A stretch of 58,316 nt of DNA, filler included, from Catajapyx aquilonaris (lineage: Eukaryota), in assembly GCA_000934665.2 (NCBI GenBank). It is 3 parts of 3 records of this genome, joined end to end, with 100 filler letters (N's around TTAATTAATTAA, not from the genome) between each part and the next. Parts side by side here need not be neighbours in the genome. Positions count along the whole stretch, not along the records: positions 19,472 to 38,768 come from JYFJ02006488.1; 2 more parts are not named here. One strand, written 5' to 3'. The position numbers and the translations under genes were made by a program. Each line of letters starts with the position of its first letter. Within the stretch, counting starts at the first letter, position 1. This document shows, piece after piece, positions 24,701-38,146 of the stretch. The notes beneath the pieces are model-generated. The model did not search any database, was not told where the DNA came from, and was given only the letters and a program-made list of their open reading frames with translations.

Positions 24701-27700
24701 CATACAGAATCTAAACTTACTTTCCATACACTCAAACACAAGATGTGTCATATAGGCATTGTGCAGCACAATTTACTATTTGAAATTAAAATCTGTAGTG
24801 AGAAGTTGCATAATGCAGGGTAGGGCAGGTTTAAGACATTTTTAGTGCCTTCAATGTAAGACTTCAAATGCATATGTCCATTGTTTTCCTCTGTGAGTGC
24901 ATAAATTTAAAAAATGCTTTTCACAGAAATATGGCTGTCATTTGAAGCCTTTCCCATCTTTCAGGTGCCTCTTGACCAACTGAAACTGGAGGCACTTACA
25001 GCAGAGGTGACAGCGCTTCGTCAGGAGCGAAGAAACTTGTTGGCAAATCTGGAAGACATGGATCAGCAACATATGCTTGCAACAGAGCAGCTTACAAAAA
25101 CAAGAGCAACTCTTCAGCAGCAGGCATCTGAGCTGAACTCAGTTAAGCAGCAGCTGGCCTGCCAAATGGAAGAATCATCTGATAGTTTGACTTTACTTCT
25201 GAGAGAGATGGGATTACAAGATGCTTCAGATCTGAAGTCTGCCTTGAAAGAAAGCAAGGAGAAGCTTGCTCATGTGACATCAATGTTGAGTAAATTGAAG
25301 GAGCAGCAGCAAGCAGAGAAAGAACACCTGCAACAGATGTTGTGGGCAGAGACTCAGAAGCTTGAAACTGTAACTGAGAAGCTGAAGCAATCTAATTCAC
25401 AACTTGAGTTCCTGAAGGCCGAGCGTGAGGAGCAAAACCGACAGTTTCATGACTCCTTGCATTCAGAGGGACTTGACTTGAGCATGTCTCCCTCTGATGC
25501 CCTCAAGATGTTTGTCCAAAAAGGAAAAGATGGTGAGCAGAAGATTCGTGACGTTTTGGAGGCCAAGCGTAAGGAGGAGAGTGACATGTGGGATGCGCTC
25601 TCCAGTGAAGGAATGGCCAGTGAGTCATTATTAGCAACAGTTGAAGTTGTTGTTAAGTCATACAAGGATGAGAAGTGGAAGCGGGAGACTCTTGAGCGGC
25701 GGGTGGCAGAGCTTTGTCGAGAGTTGAGGGAAGGTGGAATGGAGAGGAATCGACTTCAGAGTGAGGTCACACTACTTCATGAGTCAGTTCAGCGATTGAG
25801 ATCAGGTGGGGTCAGAACTGGGGAGATGTTGGAACCAATCCCAGAAGAGGATGGCGAAGAAGGTGAACAGCCGGAACCAGCCCGAGAATCAGAATTGCCT
25901 GAACTTTTCTCTAAGAGCATGGCAAAGATACCTGAATTGAAGGATGCATGCACTTTATGTAATTTGTCACCATTGCCTGCAGTGCAGGAATCCTCACTAA
26001 TTTCTGAAATGCCTAGCATGACGAAGATGCCTGAAATGAAGGATGTGGGCACTTGGTCACCTGAAATGCTCATTAAGACCCCTGAAATGAAGGATGTGGG
26101 CACTTGTTCACCTGAAATGACCATTAAGACCCCTGAAGTGAAGGATTCTTTCACTTGCTGCGATCCAATAACCACATTGGATGCATATTGCCAGTGTAGT
26201 TTGGGCAGTAGTGTGGATGCCTCATCTCTTCTGAGAGAAAAGGAACAGATGCTGGCAGTTCTTGGTGAAAAGAGCAGGGAGAATGGCTACCTAAGGGCTG
26301 AAAATAGACGGTTGATGGACATTGTTGCTGCAGAGAAGGCTGCCCTGACCAAGATGCAGGGAGAGGGTCAGATCAGCCACCAAGCAGCCCAGGAATGCAT
26401 GGAGAAGACTTCTGCGCTTTCTAGGTAATATTGGAAAAGTTTTAGATTTTAGAACCATACGTAATGTTCACAATGGTGCTTTTGGAACAAGGACATGTTG
26501 CTTGGTATGATTTGGGGGCATATTGGTATTTTCAAGTGTAGCTAGGTCACCTCAAATGATAGAATACCAATTTTTGCCATGAGGCCAACATACTCGTAGG
26601 AGCAGACTAACAGGCATTGGTAGAGAGAAATCTTCCTCCTTCACTTATGTGCTGCACATTTTATTAAGTCAGTCACCAGAGGATGGTTTGGTAGGAAGAA
26701 TTTGCTCTGGTGTGATCCATACTTGAGATGATATAAATCTTCAGCATAAAGCAAAATATTGTTAGTAGGCCTAGTCAATGACATTTTTATGCTGACCCTA
26801 CTTGCATGATGCTTCATACCAGATTGAGTTAGGTGAAAATGGAACAGTGAACCACATGTGGACATGATAATGAATAAGTTCCATGAACAAGTTCAAAAGT
26901 TTCACTGAGTTCTGATCTACTTGGTTGACACCAGAATGGCATGAGCCTTAGAAGATATTCCAAAACTGATCCCCCTTCAGACCTCTTCCGGCCAAACCAC
27001 CTTAAGGGTGTGTACCCTAATGCCTTCGAACACCAAAAACCAGATCACTGCTTGTTTCACTATGCACTTGGCTTCTGCACAGACCCTATTATGTAGTGGG
27101 AGGTGTCCTATGTTTGGATCTCAACTAATTCCACTCTTGTTTTGATGTAAACACGACATCTTTACTGTGTAGAAGAAACCTAAACCAATTGCTTGCAATA
27201 CCTGCACCTTCATTTTAAAGCAACCTAGCCATGTGTAGCTGAGTTGTCCATTTTCAATTGTCTCAATCGTGTACAAAAATCAGTGCAATCATTTTGAGCA
27301 CTTTTGCATATTTAACCTTTGGAGAGTTGTAATTGATACTTTTTCTTATAGTGTGCCAGCAATATTTTATGCTATTCCTATTATTTTTCAGGAATTTACA
27401 TGATAAACAGATGGAACTGGATGCAATGCAGCAGAAATGCACCAGTCTGCAGATGTTACTCATGTCATATGAATCAGTTGGAAGTGTAGATGCCATCTTA
27501 CAGGAGAGGGCCAAGTTGAATCAGACTGTGCAACATCTCTCAGAGCAAATAAATTTAAACTCTGGAACTGGAAGTGATTCAGAGGTGGACCTCAGGAACA
27601 AGTGCTCTCAGTTGCAGCTGTTAGTCCAAGAGAAAGAAGATCAGATCATGGGGTTGCAGAACATGGTAAGTTTATATGGAAATAGTATCCATATGTTGGC

Positions 27701-30700
27701 GGTGCAAATGTTTGAATCATCTCTAAAATTAACTGTGGTCAATGATGGTCAGTGTGGTAATTATGATCGTTTGTCCTCATTGCTGTGTAAGTAACCTATA
27801 TTTTGCTCTTTCCTAATCTACTTCTTGCTGTGCCTGATGAAGATATTTCCTCTCTCTTGTATGTCTCTTGGAGTTATCTGTCTGAACAGAGTGCCTTACA
27901 TTTGAACATATGCGTAATAATTTGTCTTGTTTACAATGTTTCCATTTTTTCCAGGTACAAGCAACTCAGGAGCTAAAATGTCATCTGGAAAAGGATATAG
28001 AGCGTCTTAGGCAACATATGGTTCAGGTGGAGGAAGGATACACTCAGGATGCACTGACTGCTGCAAGGAGAGAGGCAGAGTTGCAGAAAGAACTGGACCA
28101 GCTCAGAGCAATTTCCCCTGGGACTGACCCTTCTGCCTGGCCAAATAGGTGAGATTCCTATATGATTCATGATAAGAGGGTTTCAGTCGGTAACATTCCC
28201 TCTCATTTTTATAGTTTTCAAATGTTTTTAATGTACTCATCAAGCCTTTGGACACAGTACCTTACTGGTAGAGAATACTCAGGCCAAGATTATGTTGATC
28301 TGTCACCTCTGTATTGCATCTTTTAACCTGTATGTTAGTTTGGAATTTCTTTCTACCAAGGGCTTTTTTAGTCACAGAAGATGTGGTCGTTGCAAGATAT
28401 CTTCTCGAGGAAGCATTTTGCGTGTTAGTGTTAGATTTCTTGCAATGTGTCGCATTCAAAGCTACAGATTTTAGATTTTTGGAGAACAGCTTTACAATCT
28501 GACCTTGTGCCTTCTGACTGCTTTTTGAAGATCATGTGATGTTTTAAACGTACAATATCCAGATTTAATTGATGGGACAGTGGCCCTTAACCCTTTGAGG
28601 CCTACGGACATCATATGATGTCCTGCTGGTGTTTGAACTGGGCATGCTAGAGTTTAGACGGAAATGACGCAGTTTGAGCCTCAAACTGCTCCTACTTCAT
28701 CGTGGAAGGGGGCTCAACTACCATGATGGCGTATGCTAATCAGTTTTTCCACCTCCCAGCGTGAGCTAAACATATCCCTTAGGAATTTCTCATAGTACAG
28801 TCTTTTAGTATTATTATATAACCATAGTAACAATTTTATAGTGACTAAAATTTAAATTAATTTAATTACATTTAAAGATCATTGTACTTTAAATTTTTTT
28901 CTGGAACATCCTGTAGATGAATTTTTTCTGCATTTTACATTCAAAAGGACCACCACGAGTTAAAATGATAAATATTTGAGCATATTGTTTTTAATTAAGA
29001 TCACTCCTGCTACAAATTTTGGTCAAGAAAAGCAAAAACTAATGCCCAAAAAACCCCACCGTCAAAGGGTTAAAGGATACATCAGCATGATAAATAGATC
29101 TGCTGCACTGTGATTACTGGAATGAGTGTATGGACAGGCTCACTGAGCCTCTGCTTCCGCTTCAATCCTCTTGTAAATCCTTTGCCTTTTACTAAAGCTT
29201 TCCATAGGGAGGTACACTCGGAGCCTAATCTAATTTGGACTGTAGGGCCTCATTGGCTGGGTCAGCAATTAGCTCTCTCTCTCAGGCTCACTGGGTAGGA
29301 CTAATGTATCCGGAGTTTTTTTTTTTTTACTATGATGAGATAATGTTCAATAGTCCTTACTGCTCTATGGAAATATTATGAGTATTTGGTCACTACAGCC
29401 CAAAGGAATAATAAGGGAGCCTCTACTTTTATTGCATCTCTCATTCATGCCTTCATTGTTTCTAGTTAACTGTACTTAATTATATTTGATTAACTTGCTC
29501 TGCTGACAGGTCACACTCTCTAGTGGTCAACAGTGTCCAATTGCAGATGTTTCCATCATATAAGTGGGCAAAAAAGGAGAGACATTTCTACCAATATCTA
29601 CAGTATAATGATAAAGAGGGAAATCTCTGGGAGGCTTAGGTTGCTTCTGATTGTTTCAGTTTTGCAGGTTTTTAAATCATCTCCTCTCTTTCAGAGGGAT
29701 TATTTCTATTAATTAACATTACATAAACTCCTCTCCTGTTAGCGGTGTGAACAGTCTCGTAGTGGGGTCACTGCAGGAGCAGCTTCAGAGTGCAGTTGTG
29801 CAACGAGATAGGACTCAAGCTGACCTATTGCATAAGGAAGATGAAGTTCAGCAGTATTTGGCAGCCATGCAAAACTTGCAGATTGTTTTGGAAAGAATGC
29901 AAAGAGGTTAGTTGTATTTGAAAAGTGTTGCCACATATTTAACACATTTATTTTCAGAGCATGAGCAGCAAGTTCAGATTGCCAAACAGCCCCTTTTGGT
30001 GGAAATTCAGGAGAAACAGGTGCAGATTGATGCCCTGCACGAGAAGATTTCAGGATTGCAGGTTTGTTATACTAGTCCTTCTGATCAAATCATTGAAAGA
30101 GCTAGGAAAGTAAGGGAAGTTCTGCATGTTATGGGAGCAGAAATTCTGATTACCATGTGGCAGCGATTACGTGAGTGTGTGCTGATGCCTTCTTATTGAC
30201 AATGTAGCAGAGTTAATTTACCATCCCTCTGGAGTGAAACATCCTTGCTAGTATACATCCCTGTATAATGTGTGCCAGTTGAATACTCCAAATGTCTTAC
30301 AATTATGTCTAGGGGCTCAAGTTGACGTTACTGACAGCTATTGAATTGATTTTCAGAGTGAGTTGGATAGGGCTACAAGAGGACTGGAAGCTGCTGTTCG
30401 CCTTGGAGAGCAACTAGACAAAAAGTCACAGGTCATTTCTACACTGAAGGGAGAAGGTATGTGAGACAAATACATACTTTGCTGTGGATATAAATGCTGC
30501 ATGTCTTTAACGTCAATGATAACTGTGATAAACTTTGTAAATTACATAGTGCCATTATTTGTTGAGGCAGGACTAATTGATACTCTGCCTTGATTTCTCC
30601 CTTATTTCTTGCTGATTTTGTTCTAAGTGTTTTTTTGTGGCCAGTACTGTGACCTGTCTGGTGAAGTTTTTGAGCCAGTTGAGAGTCAAATATCAGCTGG

Positions 30701-33700
30701 TAATTCTGGGCATTTTTTACTCATAGCTCAGATTACTGACTGATATCAGGCTCTCTCTTGGCAGCCCTGCTTTACATGTTGGGTTAAAGCCTAGGTGAAC
30801 AAAGTTTTGTCTTTCATTTTTACCTTTTAGTTGGCCATGATGTCTAATATTATGTTTCTATTCCTGTGGTGTATTTATTGATTTGCAAATTTGTTAGCTG
30901 ATTTTTATTTCATGCTAAAAATAATCTGCATTTTAAAATCTGCATGTGTAACATCAGCTTTGGCATGTTTTGTATATATGACTGCAGGTGACGGGAAAGT
31001 GTGGCATTTGAAGATTTGCTTATTTTGTTATGCTTTTAAAAAATATGCAGTTAACTTGGTCCTGTTTCTATACATTCTGTACTGCTTGGGCATGTCAATA
31101 TGCATGACTTGATTCCTTGCCAATCATCCTTTCTGTTATCACAGCTACATTGTTAGGTATATTATCTTTTTTATAGAAAAGCACATCCTTAATTTTGCGG
31201 ATTGAAACATTTGCTTTGGTGACGCTTGTCTAATCTCATGAGGTAACTCTGAGTAGACTAAAGTGACTCTCGGGTTGCCTCGTGGGATTTCACAGGTTGC
31301 ATCCAAAAACCCAACTAACACCCACCATGCAAAAAGTCTAACAAAGGCACCATTTTTTCCCCTATAAGCTTTCGGCATTTACCAATCTTTTTCTTGCCTT
31401 TTATCAAAAATGGAGTGTTTATGCCACACTTTTCTGACATTTGAACTGTTGAAGTGAAGGTATGAAATAATAACCTGCTAGCAAATTAATTGTCAAACAT
31501 CCAGCTATGTTACACACAATATGCATTTAAAATTCATTGGTGATGGGCCACACTTGCCATTCATTTGTAGGTGCTCATTTTTCAGATGAAATTCTTGCAG
31601 GTTGGTGTAAAAGCCACTGGAAGCCACTTCCAAAATGCAGGCCACCATTTATTGTGATAGACACAACATTTTTTAAATGTGATGTGTTGAATATATTAGG
31701 TATATCCTGAACTGTGTTTTTCACCCTGTCATTTTAAAAATGTAGGCAAGGTGTCCACAGGTAGAAAATCAAAATTAGAAATTAAATGCATCAAGTATTC
31801 CTAGGGGAAATATGGAGTTATTTTAGTGCTTGACTGTCATCCTAATTTTACTCAGTCAAAACTATGCCTTTACTAGTATTTTAAAAATCAATATACAATT
31901 GAAACCATCACAAAGTGACATGGCCGCATTCTGTGACACATGCAAGGTGTCGAGAGCACTATATTACTTTTCATCAGTATCTTGAGTTTGTAGATAAGCT
32001 GAGATGCATCCTGAGGCTTTGGCTGCATGAGTATCTACAGTAGACACCTCAAGTAAATCAATGAGAAAAAAAATCCCACTTGCCTGAACCCTGGATTGTT
32101 GAAAAAAAGAGTAAAACCCTGGTGGCTGGAGGCTGAGTATTACATCAGGTACTGGTGTTGCATGAGAGCCAGTGCTTGAGTAAAACTCCCCTTCCTTCCA
32201 TCTCCTGCGACCCAAACTACGCCTGAATGCATGGGAAGATGCAAGTTTTTATGGATGGAAAAAAGTGGACGACCCAATTTTCATTTTGGATGGAAGCATG
32301 AGTCACCTATATTATCTCGAATTTAGCCCTGTATTTTTTGGTTGGTATGATAGGATTAGAAGTACACAATTTTTGGTTTCATTTTGCATGCATGGCATTT
32401 GGAATATTATATATATGCAGTTTCTTCTTTTGTTGTAGTACTCAAGTAGCTGGGCAAGGTTGTGTAGAGTTCTGATATTGAAAATTGCAGATTTAAATAA
32501 CTTTTTCATGTATTTTGTTGCAATTCATACTCCTATTGATTTCTGCATGTGTGATATACAGTTTCATTCAATATTGGGCTGTAGGGCCTCATTTCCCTGG
32601 TCAACCTGTAGCTCTCTCTCAAGTGTCATTCAATTGAAGTGTCCATAATGGTTGATGATTTTTAGGCACTGAGCTGCACATTATGAAGCAGTTACTTTTA
32701 TAGGCTGTCAAAAATGTTAACTGCTGAAATTAACTTGAAGAACTTGTCAGGCAATCTGGCAGGAGGATATACATCCAAGTGACAGGCAAGCATTAAGATG
32801 TGGATGGTAGTACTCCCTTGGTAGTAGAGGAGCAGCCAGCATCATTACACAATCAACATATGGTGTTCTTGCCATGTCCTAGACTAGTAGGCCTACCCTG
32901 GTGCTGTTGGTGAGGGGTGGAGGTTGTGCAAAGAGACCCTGGTCAGCTCGGGTGCACAGTCCACATCTTTATGCTTGCAACTGTACCTGTATTGGCTGCA
33001 AGTGGAAAGTGTTAAAAGTGTGACATCACAAAACCGTCCGTTTCAGGTCAGGATGGATGGGAAATAGCAAAAGTCATATATATGAGGGGCGTTCCAAAAT
33101 GATTTACAATTTATTTTTTTGCCAAAAATATAGGGCCCATGCAGGTTGGCAGATAGGCATACATTATCAATAGAACCCTCCTGGAGCTGAATGCATAAGA
33201 ATAAGGGGTGTGCCAACCTCTTCAGGCCCTGCAAGAACCACTTTTTGGAGGTGCAGAGCACTCACTCCCGGACAACTGCTGACAGTCGCCACCTGTCAAC
33301 AATGTCCTAGAAAATGGTGTTGGCGAAGGTTTTTTTTTTTTTCATGGATAGGGCTTGTGGTGCTGCCACACCCGCCGTACTCCCCGACCTAGCCCCTGTG
33401 ACTTTCACCTGTTCGGAGACGTGAAAAAACCCCTTCTCTGATGCCATTTCCAGGACATTGTTGACGGCGAAGAGTTGTCCAGGAGTGGGTGTGCCGCATC
33501 ACCAAAGAGTTGTTCCTGGAGGGTCTGGAGAGGTTGCCACACCCATGCCTCCTATGCGTTCTCCTCCAGGAGGGTTCTATCAATAATGTGTGCCAATCTT
33601 CCGACCTGCATGAGACCTGTATTTGCGGCAAAAAAATATATTGTAAATAATTTTGGAACGGCCCTCGTACAACTTCATAGCAGTTTTTCTGCTCTATCTA

Positions 33701-36700
33701 TAAGCATCTTAGTGCCAAAAAATTGCTAATCACTCCATATGCTTCAAGTGGAACTTGTATTTTGAAAAAGACTGGAATAGGTTTAAAATGGTTCCATGCA
33801 ACAGCCAACAGGTGATTTAAAAATGTAGATAATTCGTGCTTTAATGTATTTCATATCCTGACATGTCCTGTATTGTTGCTATGTAGTGGTATTGTATTAT
33901 GTACAGTGAGATTTTTTTAGACAAGTTCATATTGATGTATAAGGTGTTGCTCCATGTTTCTTGTAGGTGTAGGACAAATCATTCCTTCCATGACAAAAGT
34001 AACTTAATAACATTGAGTTTTCTGGAGGGATAAAATCACTCAATTTGTCTATATAATCGTCTTAAGTGTAAATTGAATGATAAGAATGTCATCCCAACTT
34101 GAACTGGTCTTGGAACCATTTGTGATGTAACTTGGAGGGATGAATTTATTCTTGAGTAGAAAACTGGTACAATTATGAGAATCATTTTAGGCTTTATTGT
34201 AGGCTGGCTTCTGTCTTGACCTGATTAAAATGTGGATTATCAAGTGAAATGGAATTGCTTAAGGATATTCAGGTCAAAAGGATTCTCAATAGGCTTCCTG
34301 CTATGTTCAGTTCTGGGAAAAACTGCCTTGTACTCCTGCATGCAGTTTCAAGCAGCCAGGCAAGCAGGTGCAGGTGGAAGCATGCATGAATCAACTCTTG
34401 CTTGTGCATGACTCCACCTCCACCTGCATTGGCACTGTTTGCTTGGCTACAAGGCAGTTTTGCCAGTCGTGTACAAGCCATTTATCTTTGGACTCCACAT
34501 GACATTGATACTTGCAACAAGGGAAGTGATTTTCAAGAGTGTCCAGATCAAGTCAGAAGGGTGTCTACAATGAGAATGGGTTTTTTAAATTGATACATTT
34601 CTGACTTTTTCAATAATTTTATCACATACTTTATTTATTTTTAGTGCAAACCAAGGAAGACATGCTTCGTAAAGCGAAAGAGGAAATTGAGAATATGAGT
34701 GTCAACAGCGAAGGGAAAGTAGACAGGTACTGTGGGCAAACTCTCTGAAGTTTTCTCAGTCCAAAATCCATAGTTTCCTGGTTATTTGCAATTTAAAAGC
34801 CGTAACTTTCTGCATATTATACATATTTAAAGTTATAGCACTACTCAAAATTTGGATGTTGCAGATCCCTGATGAAAAACTTGGTAATTGGATATGTTTG
34901 TGCTGCAACCAACAAACGCCCTGAAGTTTTGCGGATTATTGCTACTGTTCTTGACTTCAACCGTGAAGAGCGCCTTCGCACCTGTCTGGAACCGCCTCCA
35001 GGACAACCAAAAATTGGTTCTGGATGGCTAGGATCACTACTCCACCCAGCTCAAGATAGTACTGACCAGCAGGTGTCAAATCAGGTAAGGTGCTACGCAA
35101 AGTTGATTCAAATAAGAGGGGCCTACTCAATTGTGTAACCATGATTTTGAATATATTGAGTAACAAAAATGCTAGGGCTTTGGTAAAGCAAATCTACCTA
35201 TTATTCAAGTGAGAATAACAGTAGAACCAGTAGAAATGCCAACATGGACTCACTCACACAACCGTTTGCACCCCAATGATACTCTTGCACACCACCACAA
35301 GTGCAGGTGACAACAGGGATATTAGTCAGGTGTGAGGGCTGCTATTGCAGTTTCTACTGCCTCTGCTGTTGCTCAGATGTCAACCAAATGGTTTCCATGG
35401 GTAGATGAGCCTTTGAGCCTCTTTGACTGAATTTTTGGAACAGGTTATGGAAAGCAGTGAAAAAGTTACAAAGGGTCTTAACCCTCCATGATCTAAATGA
35501 CCATATCAGGTCAAATTGCCCCTGGGTGATTACTTTAAATTTTAACAAGTTCCTGAGGTAAAGAATCTGTAACTTTTCCCCCTATCCACCTCTGGAACAA
35601 GGCATTTTGGGCAGTGCACCACCCAGTATACCTGGTGTAGTTAAAAAGTTCGGTGGATTTTCGGATGTTGTGAATGCAACACATGTGATAGGTTTGAGCA
35701 GGCCCCAGTCACTCATATGCCGTATGCATTGCTCCCCCTGTGAGCTTAGCTCTTCTCCCCCACCAAGGGAGACTTGCCACAGCGGCACTGTGGTCAGTAC
35801 CACAGGTAGGTGGCGCCTTACCTAGCAGGCAATTCTGAACCATTTTGCATCGATTCACGGATCACCTTAGAGGTGTCAATGCCCTGGCAGTGATGATGAA
35901 AAATGGTTCAGAATTGCCCGCTATGTAAGGCCTACCTTGGGTACTGACCACAGCGGCACAGTTGCAAGTCCCCCTTGGTAGAGGAGAAGAGCAAAGCTCA
36001 TGCAAAAAGGGGGGGAGTGACAAGAGGGCTGAGCATGTTCATGGACATCCAGGGGCATGTGTAGATGCACCTCTAGCATGGAGTACACGTGGCCGCAAGT
36101 GCACTGCTGCCACAGTCATTCAAGCACAGTATGTGTGAGCAGTGGCATTGAACAGCAATGGAGCAATGACATAATGTTATGTTCTACTTCAAATTGGGGG
36201 AAATGGCGACAGAGACACAAACTGTTGATCAAAGTGAATGTGAAGGAGGCTGGGACCAGCAAATGTGTATGACTGGCTTTCTCCAAGTTGAAGCAGTTGT
36301 GTTATTGCTCCATTACTGTTTGACACCACGTCTCACACAGATGGGGCTGAAATTACTTGGCCGCAGTTCACTTGCGGCCACGTGTGCTCCATGCTATGAG
36401 GTGCTTCTAGACATGTCCCTGGATGTCTGTGCACATGCTCAAACTTGACATGTGCGTTGCATTCAAGACATCCAAACTTTTTAGCCACACCATGTTGTAA
36501 TATGGCAAAGAGTGTATATGGGTGTGTTGGAAAGTCCTATGCAAATGAACTTGAACATACCTGCATTGTTTCAAGTCCCTGGCTGCTGCATTTGTGCATT
36601 TTCTGGAAAGTGAATCAACAACACCTGTTGCACGCCCACTTCCTCTGCCGTCAGAGAGTGCAGCAAGAAGAAAACCAGATGGAAAAGAACACCAACGATC

Positions 36701-37513
36701 TCATTCTGTGAGTGCTATATCCTGTTGTTTGTTTTTTAAACATTAAGTTTAGTTTTTCAGAACATACCCCTTAGTCGTAAGGTAACTTGATTTTTTATCT
36801 TCTGTATTAATTATCATCAGCAATGTTGTACCTAATGCGCTAAGGACAGCAGGGGAGCATCTCATATCTTCCCTAGGTATAAGAAATTTAGTTTACTTGT
36901 CGAAAGGCTGAGAATTAAAACAAGGAGTGTAGTAGTAGTACACGTCTCCTGCACTGCTCCACAGGAGGCCTTAACTACTCCAGCCAATCGGAATCGAGTG
37001 AAATGGTTCAGATTTCCCGCTAGGTAAGGTGCCACTTGTCTTGGGTACCGAGACTAGCGCGGCCCGTAGCAAACCAACCTTGGTGGGGGAGCAGAGCTTA
37101 AGCTCTCACAAAATGGCGGGGAGTGTCAGCCGCATGGGAGAGAGTAATGGGTCAGTTTTTCACCTGTCAGCCAAAGTTAGCAGTACCTTCAACTGCTGGT
37201 AACCATGGTAAACCATGAGTAGGCTTATGAGAGAATCTTCACTAGCAGAAGCAGGTTGCAAGCTATGACTCATAAGCATGGGTGGGTTTTTTTTACTTTA
37301 TGCTAACTGTAAAGAGTTTTTTAAATCTCTGACTGTAACATTAATAAAAATATTTGTGAATCATTAATTCCCATTTATCTCCTACAGGCTTCAGAGAGCT
37401 CTACCCAGGCCCTTCTTATGCCAATGTCTGCCAGCCTCCCAACATTGTTGCCAGTTGGACCACGGACAAGCTCGTCCCCGTCCATCTTGAGGGATGCTCT
37501 TAAGCAGAAGTGA
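21704..37513 (+). CDS. TRIP11: Golgin TRIP11 / GMAP-210 ortholog (coiled coil + GRAB + GA1), 18 exons, ~1240 aa, N-terminus unresolved
   Basis: Phase-consistent GT-AG exons: 21704-21824, 21952-22016, 22098-22218, 22295-22377, 22460-22594, 22655-22772, 22842-22934, 23006-23136, 24965-26424, 27392-27665, 27955-28148, 29743-29906, 29958-30061, 30357-30456, 34645-34726, 34865-35084, 36576-36707, 37388-37513 (TGA); total 3723 nt. Family motifs: IERLRQHMVQVEEGYTQDAL, SLQEQL...NLQIVLE, AAVRLGEQLDKK, GRAB EGKVDRSLMKNLVIGY...EVLRIIATVLDF, GA1 SLAAAFVHFLESES, C-terminal LLMPMSASLPTL...ILRDALKQK. Confidence 0.9.
23248..23480. mobile_element. Palindromic (hairpin) MITE-like element in TRIP11 intron 8
   Basis: Arms GTGCCATTATC... 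/ ...GATAACGGCAC; centre ACACCTAGCTCTAGGTGT at ~23364. Confidence 0.75.
23753..24000. mobile_element. Tc1/mariner relic: TA-CAGGGTG end plus foldback of the transposase 3' end
   Basis: TA|CAGGGTGTTTC at 23751-23763; hairpin 23863-24000 whose right arm reads QVCLNVGGGQFPDLL, like the CxxxxGGxFExLL C-terminus of Tc1/mariner transposases. Confidence 0.6.
24081..24426. mobile_element. MITE with ~135-bp imperfect TIRs and 3-bp TSD (PIF/Harbinger-like)
   Basis: AGGAATAATAAGGA... / ...TCCTTATTATTCCT; AGT directly repeated at 24078-24080 and 24427-24429. Confidence 0.75.
24965..26424 (+). CDS. TRIP11: Large coiled-coil exon of TRIP11
   Basis: TTTCAG|GTG acceptor and AG|GTAATA donor; 1460 nt inside ORF 24914-26428; heptad-rich, includes LEDMDQQHMLATEQL and LGEKSRENGYLRAENRRLMDIVA. 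Confidence 0.92.
26030..26160 (+). repeat. Coding 51-bp (17-aa) tandem repeat in TRIP11
   Basis: Units start at 26030, 26081 and 26132: PEMKDVGTWSPEMLIKT / PEMKDVGTCSPEMTIKT / PEVKDSFTCC. Confidence 0.9.
28591..29069. mobile_element. Non-autonomous piggyBac-type element
   Basis: TTAA|CCCTTTGA ... TCAAAGGG|TTAA: TTAA TSD and CCC/GGG termini. Confidence 0.85.
33083..33667 (+). mobile_element. Internally deleted mariner element
   Basis: TA|TGAGGGGCGTTCCAAAATGATTTACAAT ... ATTGTAAATAATTTTGGAACGGCCCTCG|TA; frameshifted transposase motif VLPHPPYSPDLAPCDFHLFG at ~33359-33418. Confidence 0.88.
34865..35084 (+). CDS. TRIP11: TRIP11 GRAB-domain exon
   Basis: GCAG|A acceptor, CAG|GTAAGG donor; encodes SLMKNLVIGYVCAATNKRPEVLRIIATVLDFNREER...GWLGSLL. 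Confidence 0.9.
35732..36017. mobile_element. Degenerate hairpin MITE-like element; related half copy at ~37001-37108
   Basis: Arms TGAGCTTAGCTCTTCTCC...AATTCTGAACCATTTT / AAAATGGTTCAGAATT...GGAGAAGAGCAAAGCTCA. Confidence 0.65.
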
Positions 37514-37796
37514 TCCGATTACCACCTGTAGATGCTCTGTAGTTGGCATCAACTTGGGGCGTGTTACTGGCAATTTATTTAGGTTCAAAAGCAGGGTACA
37601 ATATGGTCGTTTCTTTTTCATGTTCCCGGTGACCAAAACTGCCAGAGAAAAAGTGTCACGATTTGAGAAGGAATAGTATTTTTACAACAAAATTTTTGAT
37701 GCTGACGATCAGGGATTTTTATTTCAAAGCATTCCGTTTTGTTGTCTGAGGCAGCAATAATGTTCTGCAATGCTATGTACATTCATGTCGGATGTA

Positions 37797-37802
37797 AATA
37801 AA
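37797..37802 (+). terminator. Candidate polyadenylation signal of TRIP11
   Basis: AATAAA about 285 nt after the stop codon. Confidence 0.5.
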
Positions 37803-38146
37803 TATGTAAAGTTATGCCCAGATTCATTTCTCCTAGAACTGTAAGGGACCTCACATTTGTGACTGGAGGAGACAGAGCATAGTAGTGGTTACTACCTGTT
37901 ACTACCCATTTCTAGTTGCCAGTGGACTTGACCATTCACTCTCTTACCACAACTGCCCTACTAAAAGGTGTGTACCGCTCTTTTGTCCCCTGGTTGGACA
38001 GAGGAATTTCTTGGTTGGAAATCCTGTAGTTTCTAATGTCGTGTATCAGTGTTGTTGGGGTTATTCCATTTCCTCCCACAATCAAAATCCATTCAACTTC
38101 GAAGTGATTTAAAAAAGACGGGTCATTTGAAAATTGGATCCCCTAA

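Noticed and set aside
25447..26175. Antisense ORFs within the large TRIP11 exon
   Set aside because: Typical antisense shadows of a coding exon.
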